This document shows, one piece after another, positions 19,325-28,331 of a stretch of 39,523 nucleotides of DNA. The DNA is from an uncultured Candidatus Saccharibacteria bacterium (GTDB taxonomy: Bacteria; Patescibacteriota; Minisyncoccia; Phycocordibacterales; UBA2163), in contig CAZNQQ010000005.1 in assembly GCA_964575575.1 (NCBI GenBank), forward strand, positions 1-39,523, written 5' to 3'. Every line of letters begins with the position of its first letter. The stretch's first letter is position 1. The notes under the pieces are model-generated. The model worked only from the letters and a program-made list of their open reading frames with translations. It was not told the origin of the DNA and made no database searches. The position numbers and the translations under genes are program-made.

Positions 19325-19879
19325 TTATTTCAATCCGAAAATCTGTTTGAGATGTAGCTCGTTGTCAACTGACTCTGCAACAATAAATCGAACATGTTTT
19401 CTTATTTTAAAGAATTCTACTACATACTCTATCTCATTTATACACTCAAACGGATTAACAAAAACAGATTTTTGTAATTCGTAGAAATGCATTTGTCGCA
19501 AATGCATTCTCAGTGCATCACGAACTTTTTTCTTTTTTTCAGGAATATCAAAAATTACGATGCGCCATCTCTTATCCCATTTTATTTGTCTTTCAATTTT
19601 TATGTTTTCTAAATCATATGTAAGTGCAAATTTTTTGCCTTGTTTTGTTAAATTCAAAGTTACTGTTCCATCTTTATTATATTTTTCCGATACAAGTTTT
19701 TCCTTATATAAGGCATTTATAGATCTTTGTAGTGATTGTTTGTCTATATCTTTCCATTCTTTCATCATAGTATCTATGATTTTAAAAGATCTCTTAGGTG
19801 AACCAGATAAACCTAGAGCTAGTCCGCCAAGCATTAGTAATAATATCTTCTTTTGTGTCTTTCCATGACCTCTAGACAT
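19325..19879 (-). CDS. PaaX-like wHTH plus Cas2-like ferredoxin-fold protein
   Basis: SLQRSINALYKEKLV...LNLTKQGK (wHTH), then WDKRWRIVIFDIPEKKKKVRDALR..L....FYELQKSVFV.PF. Confidence 0.85.
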   Translation of the reverse strand: MSRGHGKTQKKILLLMLGGLALGLSGSPKRSFKIIDTMMKEWKDIDKQSLQRSINALYKEKLVSEKYNKDGTVTLNLTKQGKKFALTYDLENIKIERQIKWDKRWRIVIFDIPEKKKKVRDALRMHLRQMHFYELQKSVFVNPFECINEIEYVVEFFKIRKHVRFIVAESVDNELHLKQIFGLK

Positions 19880-19901
19880 ACTTTTATATTAACAAATTTA
19901 G

Positions 19902-19931
19902 CATTTACTTGCTATCGTTAGTAAATGTATA
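19902..19931. repeat. Quasi-palindromic site upstream of the PaaX/Cas2-like gene
   Basis: CATTTAC-TTGCTATCGTTA-GTAAATGTATA. Confidence 0.8.
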
Positions 19932-19955
19932 TTATTGATTAAATCAACACCCATC

Positions 19956-19998
19956 AAGGTCTCACCTCTCTACACTTCGTTCCGCGAGGAAAGACCTT
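19956..19998. repeat. 43-bp hairpin element, intergenic copy
   Basis: AAGGTCTCACCTC-N17(CTTCG)-GAGGAAAGACCTT; second copy at 20305-20347. Confidence 0.85.
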
Positions 19999-20006
19999 TT
20001 CCCGCA

Positions 20007-23000
20007 TTAGTTTGTTACTACTTCAAATTTAAAGCTATACGGGTCAATTTTTATTTCCTCGGCATCAACTTTAGTGAAATTGATTTCTTTTATTAAGGCT
20101 CCTGCTTTTATAGTGTCTGCAAACTTCTCAATAAAGGTCTGACCTTTATTGTCTGTCTCGATGTCTAAGTTTATGAAATCTTGTGGAGTTAGCTGTGCGT
20201 CTTTTCTCTTGCCTTGAATTGCGCGAGTGAGTTCCCGCACCGCGCCTTCGTCTTTAAGTTCTTGAGTAAGGTTTGTATCAAGCTCTACAACAGTATCGCT
20301 CCTCAATGTCTCACCTCCGTCCGCTTCGCTACCCGAGGAAAGACCTTCTTCCGCGACAAATACAACCTCCTTCACATTAACCTCGTCTTTTATCAATTGC
20401 AGTAGTTCATCTTGATTCTTTATTCTTGATTCTTGATTCGCAACACGCAGTGTTGCCAGTGGCTGACGTACTTTTATATTTACACTTGAGCGCGCTTCAA
20501 GCCCTAACGACACAACACTGCGCACTTCTTTCATATCTTCTAGTATTTTTTCATCATATTTATCTGACTTCGGCCATTGTGTTAAGTGTACACTCTCTTC
20601 CATATCTATACTTCTTGTCTTTTGATACACCTGCTCTGCAATAAACGGAGTAAACGGTGCCATAAGTTTTGAAAGTTCTAGAAGCACATACCTAGTTGTC
20701 GCAAGAGCGTACTCTTTGTCCTCTCCGTCTACTTTGAATCTGTCTCTGGATCTGCGGATGTACCACGTAGAGAAATCCCCTATGAACTCTCTTATGTCGC
20801 GAGCTGGTTCAAACAAACTATACTCGTCTATACTTTTTGTACTATCTGTAATTAATTTATTAAGACGCGCAAGTATCCATTTGTCTAAAACATTTTCACT
20901 TTCCAAATGTTTGTCGTCCATAACCTGCTCTTTTGTACTGTAAAGTTCGTAAAACTTAACAATATTGTTAAGTAAGTTAAATACTTTCTTTACTACCTCG
21001 TCTACACTTCTCTCGTCAAAGTTTTTAGAATCCCCTGGTTGGTTTACTGTATACATCCAAAAGCGTAATGCATCTACTCCATACTTGTCTGTCATCTCCC
21101 ACGGATCTACTACATTACCTACTGATTTACTCATTTTCTTGCCCTTACTATCTAGAATATGCCCTAGAGATATAACGTTTTTATACGCTTTACCTTTACC
21201 CATTAGAGTTCCTATGGCATGCAGTGTATAGAACCATCCACGAGTTTGGTCTATAGCTTCTGATATAAAGTCGGCCGGATATCCACTCCCTTCTATAAGT
21301 TCTTTGTTCTCAAACGGGTAGTGGTCTTGCGCAAATGGCATACTGCCTGAGTCAAACCACACGTCCATCACTTCTTTTACTCTTGTTAGTTTATTACCCT
21401 TTGCGTCTACAAGTTCTACTTCATCAATGTATGGTCTATGCAAATCAAGTTCGTAGTTTTCGTTGTGTGGGAGTGGTGTATAAAATAATTCCTCCACACC
21501 AGCTGTTGCCAAGTTACCATCTATCTCTTTATGAGAGTCGTGCATATTTACTGATGTGTCTATGTCAGCACCACGGCTTCCTGCAAACAAAAGCCACGCT
21601 GGATGTTCATGCGTTACGATTAAAATGTTTTTATTTTCATGTTTTTTATCAATTTCTGAAAGAAAATCCATCATTCTGTTTTTTACTTGCAAGATATTTT
21701 CACCGTTTGGAGCTGACACGGTAAATTTATCTTTTAATGACGATACCATCTGACTGTATGTCTTATGATCTTTGCCATCTAAATCACCAAAGTCATGTTC
21801 TTTGATTCTTTCATCGTAAATTATATTTTCTTTTTCTATTTTTAATTCATCTGCGACAATCTCCGCTGTTTCTTTTGTTCGTACAAGTGGAGATGCAAAA
21901 ATCAAGTCAATTTTTTTATTTTTTAATTCTTTTGTAGCTTTTTTTGTATCTTCCACCCCCTTTTCTGTCACATGATGTGGGTTATCAACCTTTGAACTTA
22001 AAATATTTTTTACATTGTGCTCTGCTTCGCCGTGCCGCATTACAAAATATTTGTTTCCAGATTTCTTTATGTGTTTTTTTAAATCTTCTACTGAACCTAT
22101 GACAGTATTCTCACCTGTATCGCTCTGCCAGACAGGTAATGGCGTCGCCCAATACCGCTCACGAGAGATTGCCCAGTCTTTGACCTCACGAAGCCACTCT
22201 CCAAACCGCCCCTCTTTTATATGTTCTGGCTCCCAGTTTATAGTGCTGTTTTCTTTAATCAATTTGTCGCGCAAGTCTGACATCCTTATATACCAAGAAT
22301 CCCTAGCGTAGTAGAGTAAAGCCGTATTACAGCGCCAACAATGCGGATATGTATGCTTTATGCGCTCTTTACTAAATATAACCTTTTTCTTTTCCAAGTC
22401 TTCTATTACCTCGTCGTTAGATGCTCTTACCTTTTTACCCTCCAGAAAGTCAGTGCCTTCTATAAACCTGCCCTCTTCATTAACCAAATGGTGCTTTGGT
22501 AAATCTTTCTCTGTACCAAGCACAAAGTCGTCCGCTCCGTACATCACAGCGGTGTGAACTATACCTGTACCGTCTTCTGTATTTACAAAATCTGCTTCAT
22601 ATACTTTGTATGTATTCTTAAGTTTCTTTTGTTCACTTTCTGGAAGTGTGTCTTTTAAGTATAAGTAAAGTGGTTCGTACTCTAGCTTCGTTAAATCTTT
22701 ACTACTTAAATCTTCTACAACTTCGTACTCTTTGTCTTTCATTAGACTTTCTACCTTGTCTTCAGCTAAAATCAGACTCTCACCGTCTACTTTTAATGTT
22801 TTGTATTTAATTTTTTTCCCTACAGCGAGAGCAACGTTGCCCGGAAGTGTCCACGGAGTTGTAGTCCATGCAAGTAGGTATGTATTGTCTTTACCAATCA
22901 CTTTGAACTTTGCAGTTACAGACATGTCGTGCACGTCTTTATACCCTTGCGCAAGCTCATGGCTTGAAAGCCCAGTTCCACAACGCGGACACCAGTTTAC

Positions 23001-23519
23001 TATCCTATAGTCTTTATATAAAAGTTTTTGATCATTAACTTTTTTTATAATACTCCACACCGATTCCATATACTCTGGCTTGTATGTCACATACTGATCT
23101 TTGTAATCAAGCCAAAAGCCAATCCTCTCTGTAAATTTAGTCCACTCGTCTACATGCTTCCAAACACTTTCTTTACACTTTTTATTAAACTCTGCGATGC
23201 CATACTCTTCTATGTCTTTCTTTGAGTGAAGTTTAAGTTCTTTCTCAACTGTTATCTCTACTGGTAGTCCATGTGTATCCCAACCGGCTTTTCTGCGCAC
23301 GTGGAAGCCTTGCATGGTTTTATACCGAGGTATAGCATCCTTAAAAGCTCGCGCTTCCATGTGGTGAATACCTGGTTTACCATTTGCAGTAGGCGGTCCT
23401 TCATAGAAAATATACTCGCCGTTTGGGGCTTCTTTTTCGTCAGATTTCTCGAAAATCTTATTCTCAACCCAGAATTTTAATACTTCCTCTTCATTTTTAG
23501 CTATCTCATTTTTCTCCAT
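20007..23519 (-). CDS. ileS: Isoleucine--tRNA ligase (type 2-like) with an inserted histidine-phosphatase domain
   Basis: FYEGPPTANGKPGIHH, GWDTHGLPVE, WTTTPWTLP, GTGIVH, DWAISRERYW, DQTRGWFY, KMSKS; insert VMRHGEA...ASPLVRTKETA...VTH. Confidence 0.96.
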   Translation of the reverse strand: MEKNEIAKNEEEVLKFWVENKIFEKSDEKEAPNGEYIFYEGPPTANGKPGIHHMEARAFKDAIPRYKTMQGFHVRRKAGWDTHGLPVEITVEKELKLHSKKDIEEYGIAEFNKKCKESVWKHVDEWTKFTERIGFWLDYKDQYVTYKPEYMESVWSIIKKVNDQKLLYKDYRIVNWCPRCGTGLSSHELAQGYKDVHDMSVTAKFKVIGKDNTYLLAWTTTPWTLPGNVALAVGKKIKYKTLKVDGESLILAEDKVESLMKDKEYEVVEDLSSKDLTKLEYEPLYLYLKDTLPESEQKKLKNTYKVYEADFVNTEDGTGIVHTAVMYGADDFVLGTEKDLPKHHLVNEEGRFIEGTDFLEGKKVRASNDEVIEDLEKKKVIFSKERIKHTYPHCWRCNTALLYYARDSWYIRMSDLRDKLIKENSTINWEPEHIKEGRFGEWLREVKDWAISRERYWATPLPVWQSDTGENTVIGSVEDLKKHIKKSGNKYFVMRHGEAEHNVKNILSSKVDNPHHVTEKGVEDTKKATKELKNKKIDLIFASPLVRTKETAEIVADELKIEKENIIYDERIKEHDFGDLDGKDHKTYSQMVSSLKDKFTVSAPNGENILQVKNRMMDFLSEIDKKHENKNILIVTHEHPAWLLFAGSRGADIDTSVNMHDSHKEIDGNLATAGVEELFYTPLPHNENYELDLHRPYIDEVELVDAKGNKLTRVKEVMDVWFDSGSMPFAQDHYPFENKELIEGSGYPADFISEAIDQTRGWFYTLHAIGTLMGKGKAYKNVISLGHILDSKGKKMSKSVGNVVDPWEMTDKYGVDALRFWMYTVNQPGDSKNFDERSVDEVVKKVFNLLNNIVKFYELYSTKEQVMDDKHLESENVLDKWILARLNKLITDSTKSIDEYSLFEPARDIREFIGDFSTWYIRRSRDRFKVDGEDKEYALATTRYVLLELSKLMAPFTPFIAEQVYQKTRSIDMEESVHLTQWPKSDKYDEKILEDMKEVRSVVSLGLEARSSVNIKVRQPLATLRVANQESRIKNQDELLQLIKDEVNVKEVVFVAEEGLSSGSEADGGETLRSDTVVELDTNLTQELKDEGAVRELTRAIQGKRKDAQLTPQDFINLDIETDNKGQTFIEKFADTIKAGALIKEINFTKVDAEEIKIDPYSFKFEVVTN
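20305..20347. repeat. 43-bp hairpin element, in-frame copy inside ileS
   Basis: AATGTCTCACCTC-N17(CTTCG)-GAGGAAAGACCTT, encoding part of EEGLSSGSEADGGETLRS. Confidence 0.85.
20411..20438. repeat. 7-bp tandem repeat (CTTGATT x4) inside ileS
   Basis: CTTGATT CTTTATT CTTGATT CTTGATT, encoding NQESRIKNQ. Confidence 0.8.
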
Positions 23520-23666
23520 AATTATCCTTTAAATATAGCACTTTTGAGGCTGTTTCCAAAAAGTTGACATAATACTGCACTATGATAACCTATCTTCAGC
23601 ACTAAAAATTTAAAATTTGTTGTTTACATAGAAACATAAACTTTATTGAAATGAAAGGAGCATATC

Positions 23667-24335
23667 ATGCGAAAGTTTGAATTTAATGGAAAGCTACCAA
23701 AAAAAATAAATGGTGCAGATATTATATTTCACAAAGATGAAAAAAGATGTTTTGTTGAGGAATCTCATATTGGATATGAAATACAAGGTAATTGTATAAA
23801 TCTTCCTTATTTTAGACACAATGCTGAATTTTTCTTTTTACAAAACAAAACACAATTTATATTTTACGTACCAGAATACATAGAAAGAATTTGTGCAACA
23901 GATGTAACTCGCACTGCTTCTTGCTGGTTTGGTGGAAAAGATGATGATGGTATTTTCTTAGTAAGATTAAACGATAAACCTTACAAAGCTTACAACCATG
24001 GAGACGAAGAAGCTTTCCTTGCCAGCTTAAAACCAGATGTAATAAAGGTGGCAGAGGAAAAATTCAAAATTAAATGTAGTGAGCAGTTAGGTATGTTTGT
24101 CGTATCGCTACCTTTTACATTGAAAGACTTAGATAAAGTAGGTATTTTGTTTAAAATACCAAAAAAATCAACGTATGAGAGAATCTTTGAAGAGATAACA
24201 GTATTCGGCAATATGAAAGGATATGTTAGCAATGGTTTACCAGGACAATATATTGTACCAGGACAGCAGTCTGTAGAGTATAATAAACTATACTTACTTG
24301 CTGGAATCGCTCATCGTATAGAAAACCGTGGATAA
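23667..24335 (+). CDS. Hypothetical protein (orphan cassette)
   Basis: 222-aa ORF with SD AAGGAG, TTGACA at 23564 and a downstream hairpin; no family recognised. Confidence 0.7.
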   Translation: MRKFEFNGKLPKKINGADIIFHKDEKRCFVEESHIGYEIQGNCINLPYFRHNAEFFFLQNKTQFIFYVPEYIERICATDVTRTASCWFGGKDDDGIFLVRLNDKPYKAYNHGDEEAFLASLKPDVIKVAEEKFKIKCSEQLGMFVVSLPFTLKDLDKVGILFKIPKKSTYERIFEEITVFGNMKGYVSNGLPGQYIVPGQQSVEYNKLYLLAGIAHRIENRG

Positions 24336-24360
24336 CATAACTCTTACGTCTTATATAATC

Positions 24361-24401
24361 AAAATCTCATTCACCGAGAGATATCAGGTGAGTGAGATTT
24401 T
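24361..24401. terminator. Bidirectional terminator
   Basis: AAAATCTCATTCACC-loop-GGTGAGTGAGATTTT between convergent genes. Confidence 0.8.
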
Positions 24402-26075
24402 TTACATCCTCTCTGGTGTTTTTATTCCTAGGAGCCAGAGACCGTTTTTGATTGTTGTTTTGAATGCTTCAGTTAAAGCAACTTTGTACGGTGCACTTTC
24501 ACTTTCTTCTACTATCTTTGTATTAGCATAAAAACTATTAAACGCTCCTGCAAGTTCTGTCAGATACGTTGTCACATAATGCGGTTCATACTCTGCATTT
24601 GCACGTTCTACAACTTCTGGGAATCTATACAAAAGCTTCTCAAGCTCTATCACTTCTGTCCAAGGACCGTCCTTGGACAAGTCTGATTTTATATTTTCAG
24701 CTTTTGCTTTTTCTAATACAGCATTTGCACGTACTAGAGAATACTGCAAATACGGCCCAGAATCCCCCTCAAATGAGAGTGATTTGTCATAATCAAATAT
24801 TATATCCTTCCCAGCAGACTGCTTTAATATTGAATACTTTATAGCCCCCACGGCTACCTGTTCTGCTATTTCTGCTTTGTTTTCGAGCTCTGAATCTTTC
24901 ATTTTCTCAAGTACTTTTTCATTTACTTCGTCAATTAACGATTCGCCTGTTATCACATCCCCAGTTCTAGACGACATCTTACCACTCGGAAGGCGCAACA
25001 TACCGTGTGTAATATGTTTCGTATTTTCTGACAGATCCGGAAAGATTTCTTTCATAGAAGCAAGTACAACTTTGTAATATTCTTTCTGTTCGCTTGCTGT
25101 TATTACTATGGATTTGTCATGACCATACCTGTCTGCTTTTACTTTAGCCAGTGCCAAATCCTTTGCTTCGTATGTTGGTAGTCCTTCAGAGTTTATGAAC
25201 ACTCTAGTATGCAAACCTACGTCCTCACCTTTGAAGATCACAGCGCCGTCACTTTCATTAAAAACTTTCCCGACGTTTTCTTCTACTAACTTTTTACCTA
25301 TAGGCCCTGTCTCACTTTCAAAAAAGTATTCGTCAAACTTAGTACCGAGTTTTTTGTAAATCTCTTCAAAGTGCTCTAGCGACACTTTTCTACCTTCATC
25401 ATATAGTTTATTTACCTCATCGTCACTTTTGTCATAAACTTTCTTATTTATTTCTTTTATTTCTTCTTTTGCATTTTCATCTTCTTCATACGCACTGTTA
25501 CCTTTTGCATAAGCAGTACCAAATGCCATTTCCGGATTATTCTGTTTACCAAAAATCGCTTTGGCCACATGCAGGCCGACGTCACCTTGATAATTGGCAC
25601 GCTTCGTCTGCGCACCTGAAAATTCTACAAGCCTTGAGATAGACTCGCCAATGCTATTTGCCATCAGGTGTCCAATGTGGAATTCTTTGAAAGGGTTTGG
25701 ATCGGTATATTCAACAATAGTTTTTTGTTTTTTTAGAGAATCATTACTTCCCCACTTATCACCAGCTTTCAAAATCTCTTCAACGCTTTCTTTAAAAAAT
25801 TCTTGTGACAAATAAAAGTTTATAAAACCAGCTCCAGCAACCTCTGCCTTCTCCACTCCGCCAGCTGGCGGATTATTTTCAGAGATCTTGTCTACAATCT
25901 CTTGTGCTAGTTCTTTCGGATTCTTACCAACTTTCTTTCCAAGCACCATAGCGACATTTGTGGAATAATCGCCATTAGTCAAATCTGCCGGATGTTCTAG
26001 GTGAACATCCTCTATTTCAAGCCCAAGCTCTGAAACTGCCGTCTTTATTGCTTCTTTTAGATTATCTCTAATCAT
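24402..26075 (-). CDS. argS: Arginine--tRNA ligase
   Basis: GDYSTNVAM, AGAGFINF, VEYTDPNPFKEFHIGH, KMSSRTG, GDSGPYLQY, LLGIKTPERM. Confidence 0.98.
   Translation of the reverse strand: MIRDNLKEAIKTAVSELGLEIEDVHLEHPADLTNGDYSTNVAMVLGKKVGKNPKELAQEIVDKISENNPPAGGVEKAEVAGAGFINFYLSQEFFKESVEEILKAGDKWGSNDSLKKQKTIVEYTDPNPFKEFHIGHLMANSIGESISRLVEFSGAQTKRANYQGDVGLHVAKAIFGKQNNPEMAFGTAYAKGNSAYEEDENAKEEIKEINKKVYDKSDDEVNKLYDEGRKVSLEHFEEIYKKLGTKFDEYFFESETGPIGKKLVEENVGKVFNESDGAVIFKGEDVGLHTRVFINSEGLPTYEAKDLALAKVKADRYGHDKSIVITASEQKEYYKVVLASMKEIFPDLSENTKHITHGMLRLPSGKMSSRTGDVITGESLIDEVNEKVLEKMKDSELENKAEIAEQVAVGAIKYSILKQSAGKDIIFDYDKSLSFEGDSGPYLQYSLVRANAVLEKAKAENIKSDLSKDGPWTEVIELEKLLYRFPEVVERANAEYEPHYVTTYLTELAGAFNSFYANTKIVEESESAPYKVALTEAFKTTIKNGLWLLGIKTPERM
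25857..25874 (-). repeat. In-frame palindromic element (NPPAGG), copy 2
   Basis: TCCGCCAGCTGGCGGATT inside the argS N-domain. Confidence 0.9.
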
Positions 26076-26089
26076 TCCATTTAGTATAC

Positions 26090-26126
26090 AAATAAACGCC
26101 TAAAATAGCTATTTAGGCGTTTATTT
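26090..26126 (-). terminator. Terminator-like hairpin after the MazG-like gene
   Basis: AAATAAACGCCTAAA-N7-TTTAGGCGTTTATTT. Confidence 0.75.
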
Positions 26127-26135
26127 GGCTTAAAT

Positions 26136-26465
26136 TTACCTATTATCTCCGTCTGCATGTAATACACCTCTGTCATTACGAGATGCTAATTTCTCTATGT
26201 TGTTTGTTGCAACATCGTCTAATTCTAAATCAAGCTCTGTCGACATTTGGGCTATATACCACAAGACATCTCCCAATTCTTTTTTAATTTCCTGTACCTG
26301 ATCAGCAGTTAATTTTGTTTGACCACTACGTAACACTTTTTTGATCTTATTAGCTACTTCTCCCGCTTCTCCAGCTAAGCCAAGTGTTGGGTAAATAAAG
26401 TTGTTTCCACTATCTTTATATATAGCTGTCTTTTTAGCTTCTTTTTGATATTCATTAAAATTCAT
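26136..26465 (-). CDS. MazG-like all-alpha NTP pyrophosphohydrolase
   Basis: MNFNEYQ...YPTLGLAGEAGEVANKIKK...KKELGDVLWY...NIEKLASR. Confidence 0.92.
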   Translation of the reverse strand: MNFNEYQKEAKKTAIYKDSGNNFIYPTLGLAGEAGEVANKIKKVLRSGQTKLTADQVQEIKKELGDVLWYIAQMSTELDLELDDVATNNIEKLASRNDRGVLHADGDNR

Positions 26466-26550
26466 ATGTATATTATACCATTAAAATTAAGCTGATATTG
26501 TACAGTATAGTCAACTTACTCTATATACATATACATTGTATACTTTTATT

Positions 26551-27450
26551 ATGAAACACAAACTGACTCTCAAAAAGACAGTTGGCCTTAACGATTTACG
26601 TAAAGTATTAAGAAAAGTTAAGTTCAGAGGGCTTTATAACAAAAAAGGTGGGGAGCTGTATCCATACAAGAACGCAAAAATCTCAATTGCAACACTTTAC
26701 CCTCAAAAAGAAATGGGTGGCTCACCCGCCATTAAAGTAAATGGGAAAAACGAACCCCTCTTCTCTCCACAGCCGACAATATACGAAAACCAATTAGACA
26801 TTATAAAAACTTTGCATAAATTTCTAGAGAGTGAGGGACTTTCAATAAACGAACTAAAAGAAGCTGTGGAATATGAATGGAAAGGAAGAGGAGACTTTCA
26901 TGTACTGCCACCAATTATTGAAACTCACACGTATGATCTAAAAGATGGATTTTTTGATTTAGATAAACTAACCAACAGATTTAAAAATCGTTTTGTAAAA
27001 GATGCAGCAGGAAACTTGCACGATCTTTCAAAACGATACTTGAGCTCGTTCCATATAGATGAAGTAAGCAAACTTAACCACTTAGATATTTTTCATTCAA
27101 ACGCACCGCTTATTAACTACGGACTTCAGTACAACGGGAAGCATACGTTTCATATAGTGTGTGATGGTATGCACAGGATAGACTACGCCATAGAAACGCT
27201 TAACAAACCCATAAAAGTATTGCTTATAGAGACCGGTAACAAAACACCTCTTATGCCGTATTATGCCTTTCCTGTGCCGTTTAGACCAACTATACGACTC
27301 TCAAGTAAGCGCTCTGAGAAAATGTACCCACGCATTGAAAGAGATAAGATACATCTTTTCAATAACTTCATAAAAAAAGTAATGCACTACGACTGGACAG
27401 AAGGCGGTCTCAATGTAAGCAGCCTTCGCACTAAAACAGAGATTAACTAA
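26551..27450 (+). CDS. Hypothetical protein with a ParB/sulfiredoxin-like motif
   Basis: LPPIIE...IVCDGMHRIDYA....KPIKVLLI resembles the ParB/Srx PI.V...DG.HR signature; likely start ATG 26551. Confidence 0.55.
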   Translation: MKHKLTLKKTVGLNDLRKVLRKVKFRGLYNKKGGELYPYKNAKISIATLYPQKEMGGSPAIKVNGKNEPLFSPQPTIYENQLDIIKTLHKFLESEGLSINELKEAVEYEWKGRGDFHVLPPIIETHTYDLKDGFFDLDKLTNRFKNRFVKDAAGNLHDLSKRYLSSFHIDEVSKLNHLDIFHSNAPLINYGLQYNGKHTFHIVCDGMHRIDYAIETLNKPIKVLLIETGNKTPLMPYYAFPVPFRPTIRLSSKRSEKMYPRIERDKIHLFNNFIKKVMHYDWTEGGLNVSSLRTKTEIN

Positions 27451-27452
27451 AT

Positions 27453-28331
27453 ATGGATTTTGATACACAAAGACTAAAAGATGCACTAAACTTGTGTATC
27501 ATAAAAAAAGAAGAGGACAAAAGGATCGCTTCTATCGCATACTCAAAAAGTGGTAAGAGTTATAGTGGAGCACACATAGGTTCTGACACAAACTTGTTGA
27601 GTATATTTTCTGAACAAGTTGCGCTTTTGGGCGCAATGCAGAACAATGACTTTCAAATAGAAAGTGTCGTCACTATGTTAGAGACACCTAACGAAAAAGA
27701 AATTATTTCTCCCATAATAATAAAATTACTTATAGACTTCGCTAGGAGAACTGGTCAAGACATAAAATATACAGTTATAGATCGGGAAGGAAACATGCTT
27801 TTCAACATAGACAATATATCTTCCATTCTTCCATTCTACAAACCTGAGCGTGTTTTTTTAAAAAAGGTTGAGAACACAGAAATACAATCCAACAAAGCAA
27901 AACTTCCTAAAGATTCTGAAATAAAAGATGTGTTAAAAAAATACGCTGTTATAGGTGTAGACAGAAACTTTCCAAGATACGACTGTGCAAGTGGTTACGG
28001 AACTGCAGTAATAACAAAAAGTGGTAATGTTTATTTTAGTGGACAGTATTCAAGTTTTGACAAAGGAATGAATGTTCACTCCGAAATGGCAGCTGTAATA
28101 TCTGCAATTATGGAAAAAGACACAGAGATAACACACATAGGAGTTGTTTCTACAAAATACACAGACAGCCCAGCTCATATGTGCGGATGTTGTAGACAGT
28201 TTTTAGCAGAGATGATGAGTAGGTTTAATATAAATCCAGAACTGTTTCTTTTTGCAAAAGATACTGATGTTTATGAAAAAAGAAATATGAATGAATATTT
28301 ACCAGACATTTGGACAAGTAAAAAATGGTAA
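27453..28331 (+). CDS. Tandem cytidine-deaminase-fold protein (N-domain degenerate, C-domain with Zn motif)
   Basis: C-domain YGTAVITKSGNVYFSG...VHSEMAAV...HMCGCCRQFLAE...EYLPD.W; N-domain SKSGKSYSG...FSEQVAL lacks the CxxC. Confidence 0.85.
   Translation: MDFDTQRLKDALNLCIIKKEEDKRIASIAYSKSGKSYSGAHIGSDTNLLSIFSEQVALLGAMQNNDFQIESVVTMLETPNEKEIISPIIIKLLIDFARRTGQDIKYTVIDREGNMLFNIDNISSILPFYKPERVFLKKVENTEIQSNKAKLPKDSEIKDVLKKYAVIGVDRNFPRYDCASGYGTAVITKSGNVYFSGQYSSFDKGMNVHSEMAAVISAIMEKDTEITHIGVVSTKYTDSPAHMCGCCRQFLAEMMSRFNINPELFLFAKDTDVYEKRNMNEYLPDIWTSKKW

Noticed and set aside
19325-19879. CRISPR-Cas locus suggested by the Cas2-like domain
   Set aside because: No repeat-spacer array, cas1 or effector genes in the window; the protein is the PaaX-like stand-alone type.
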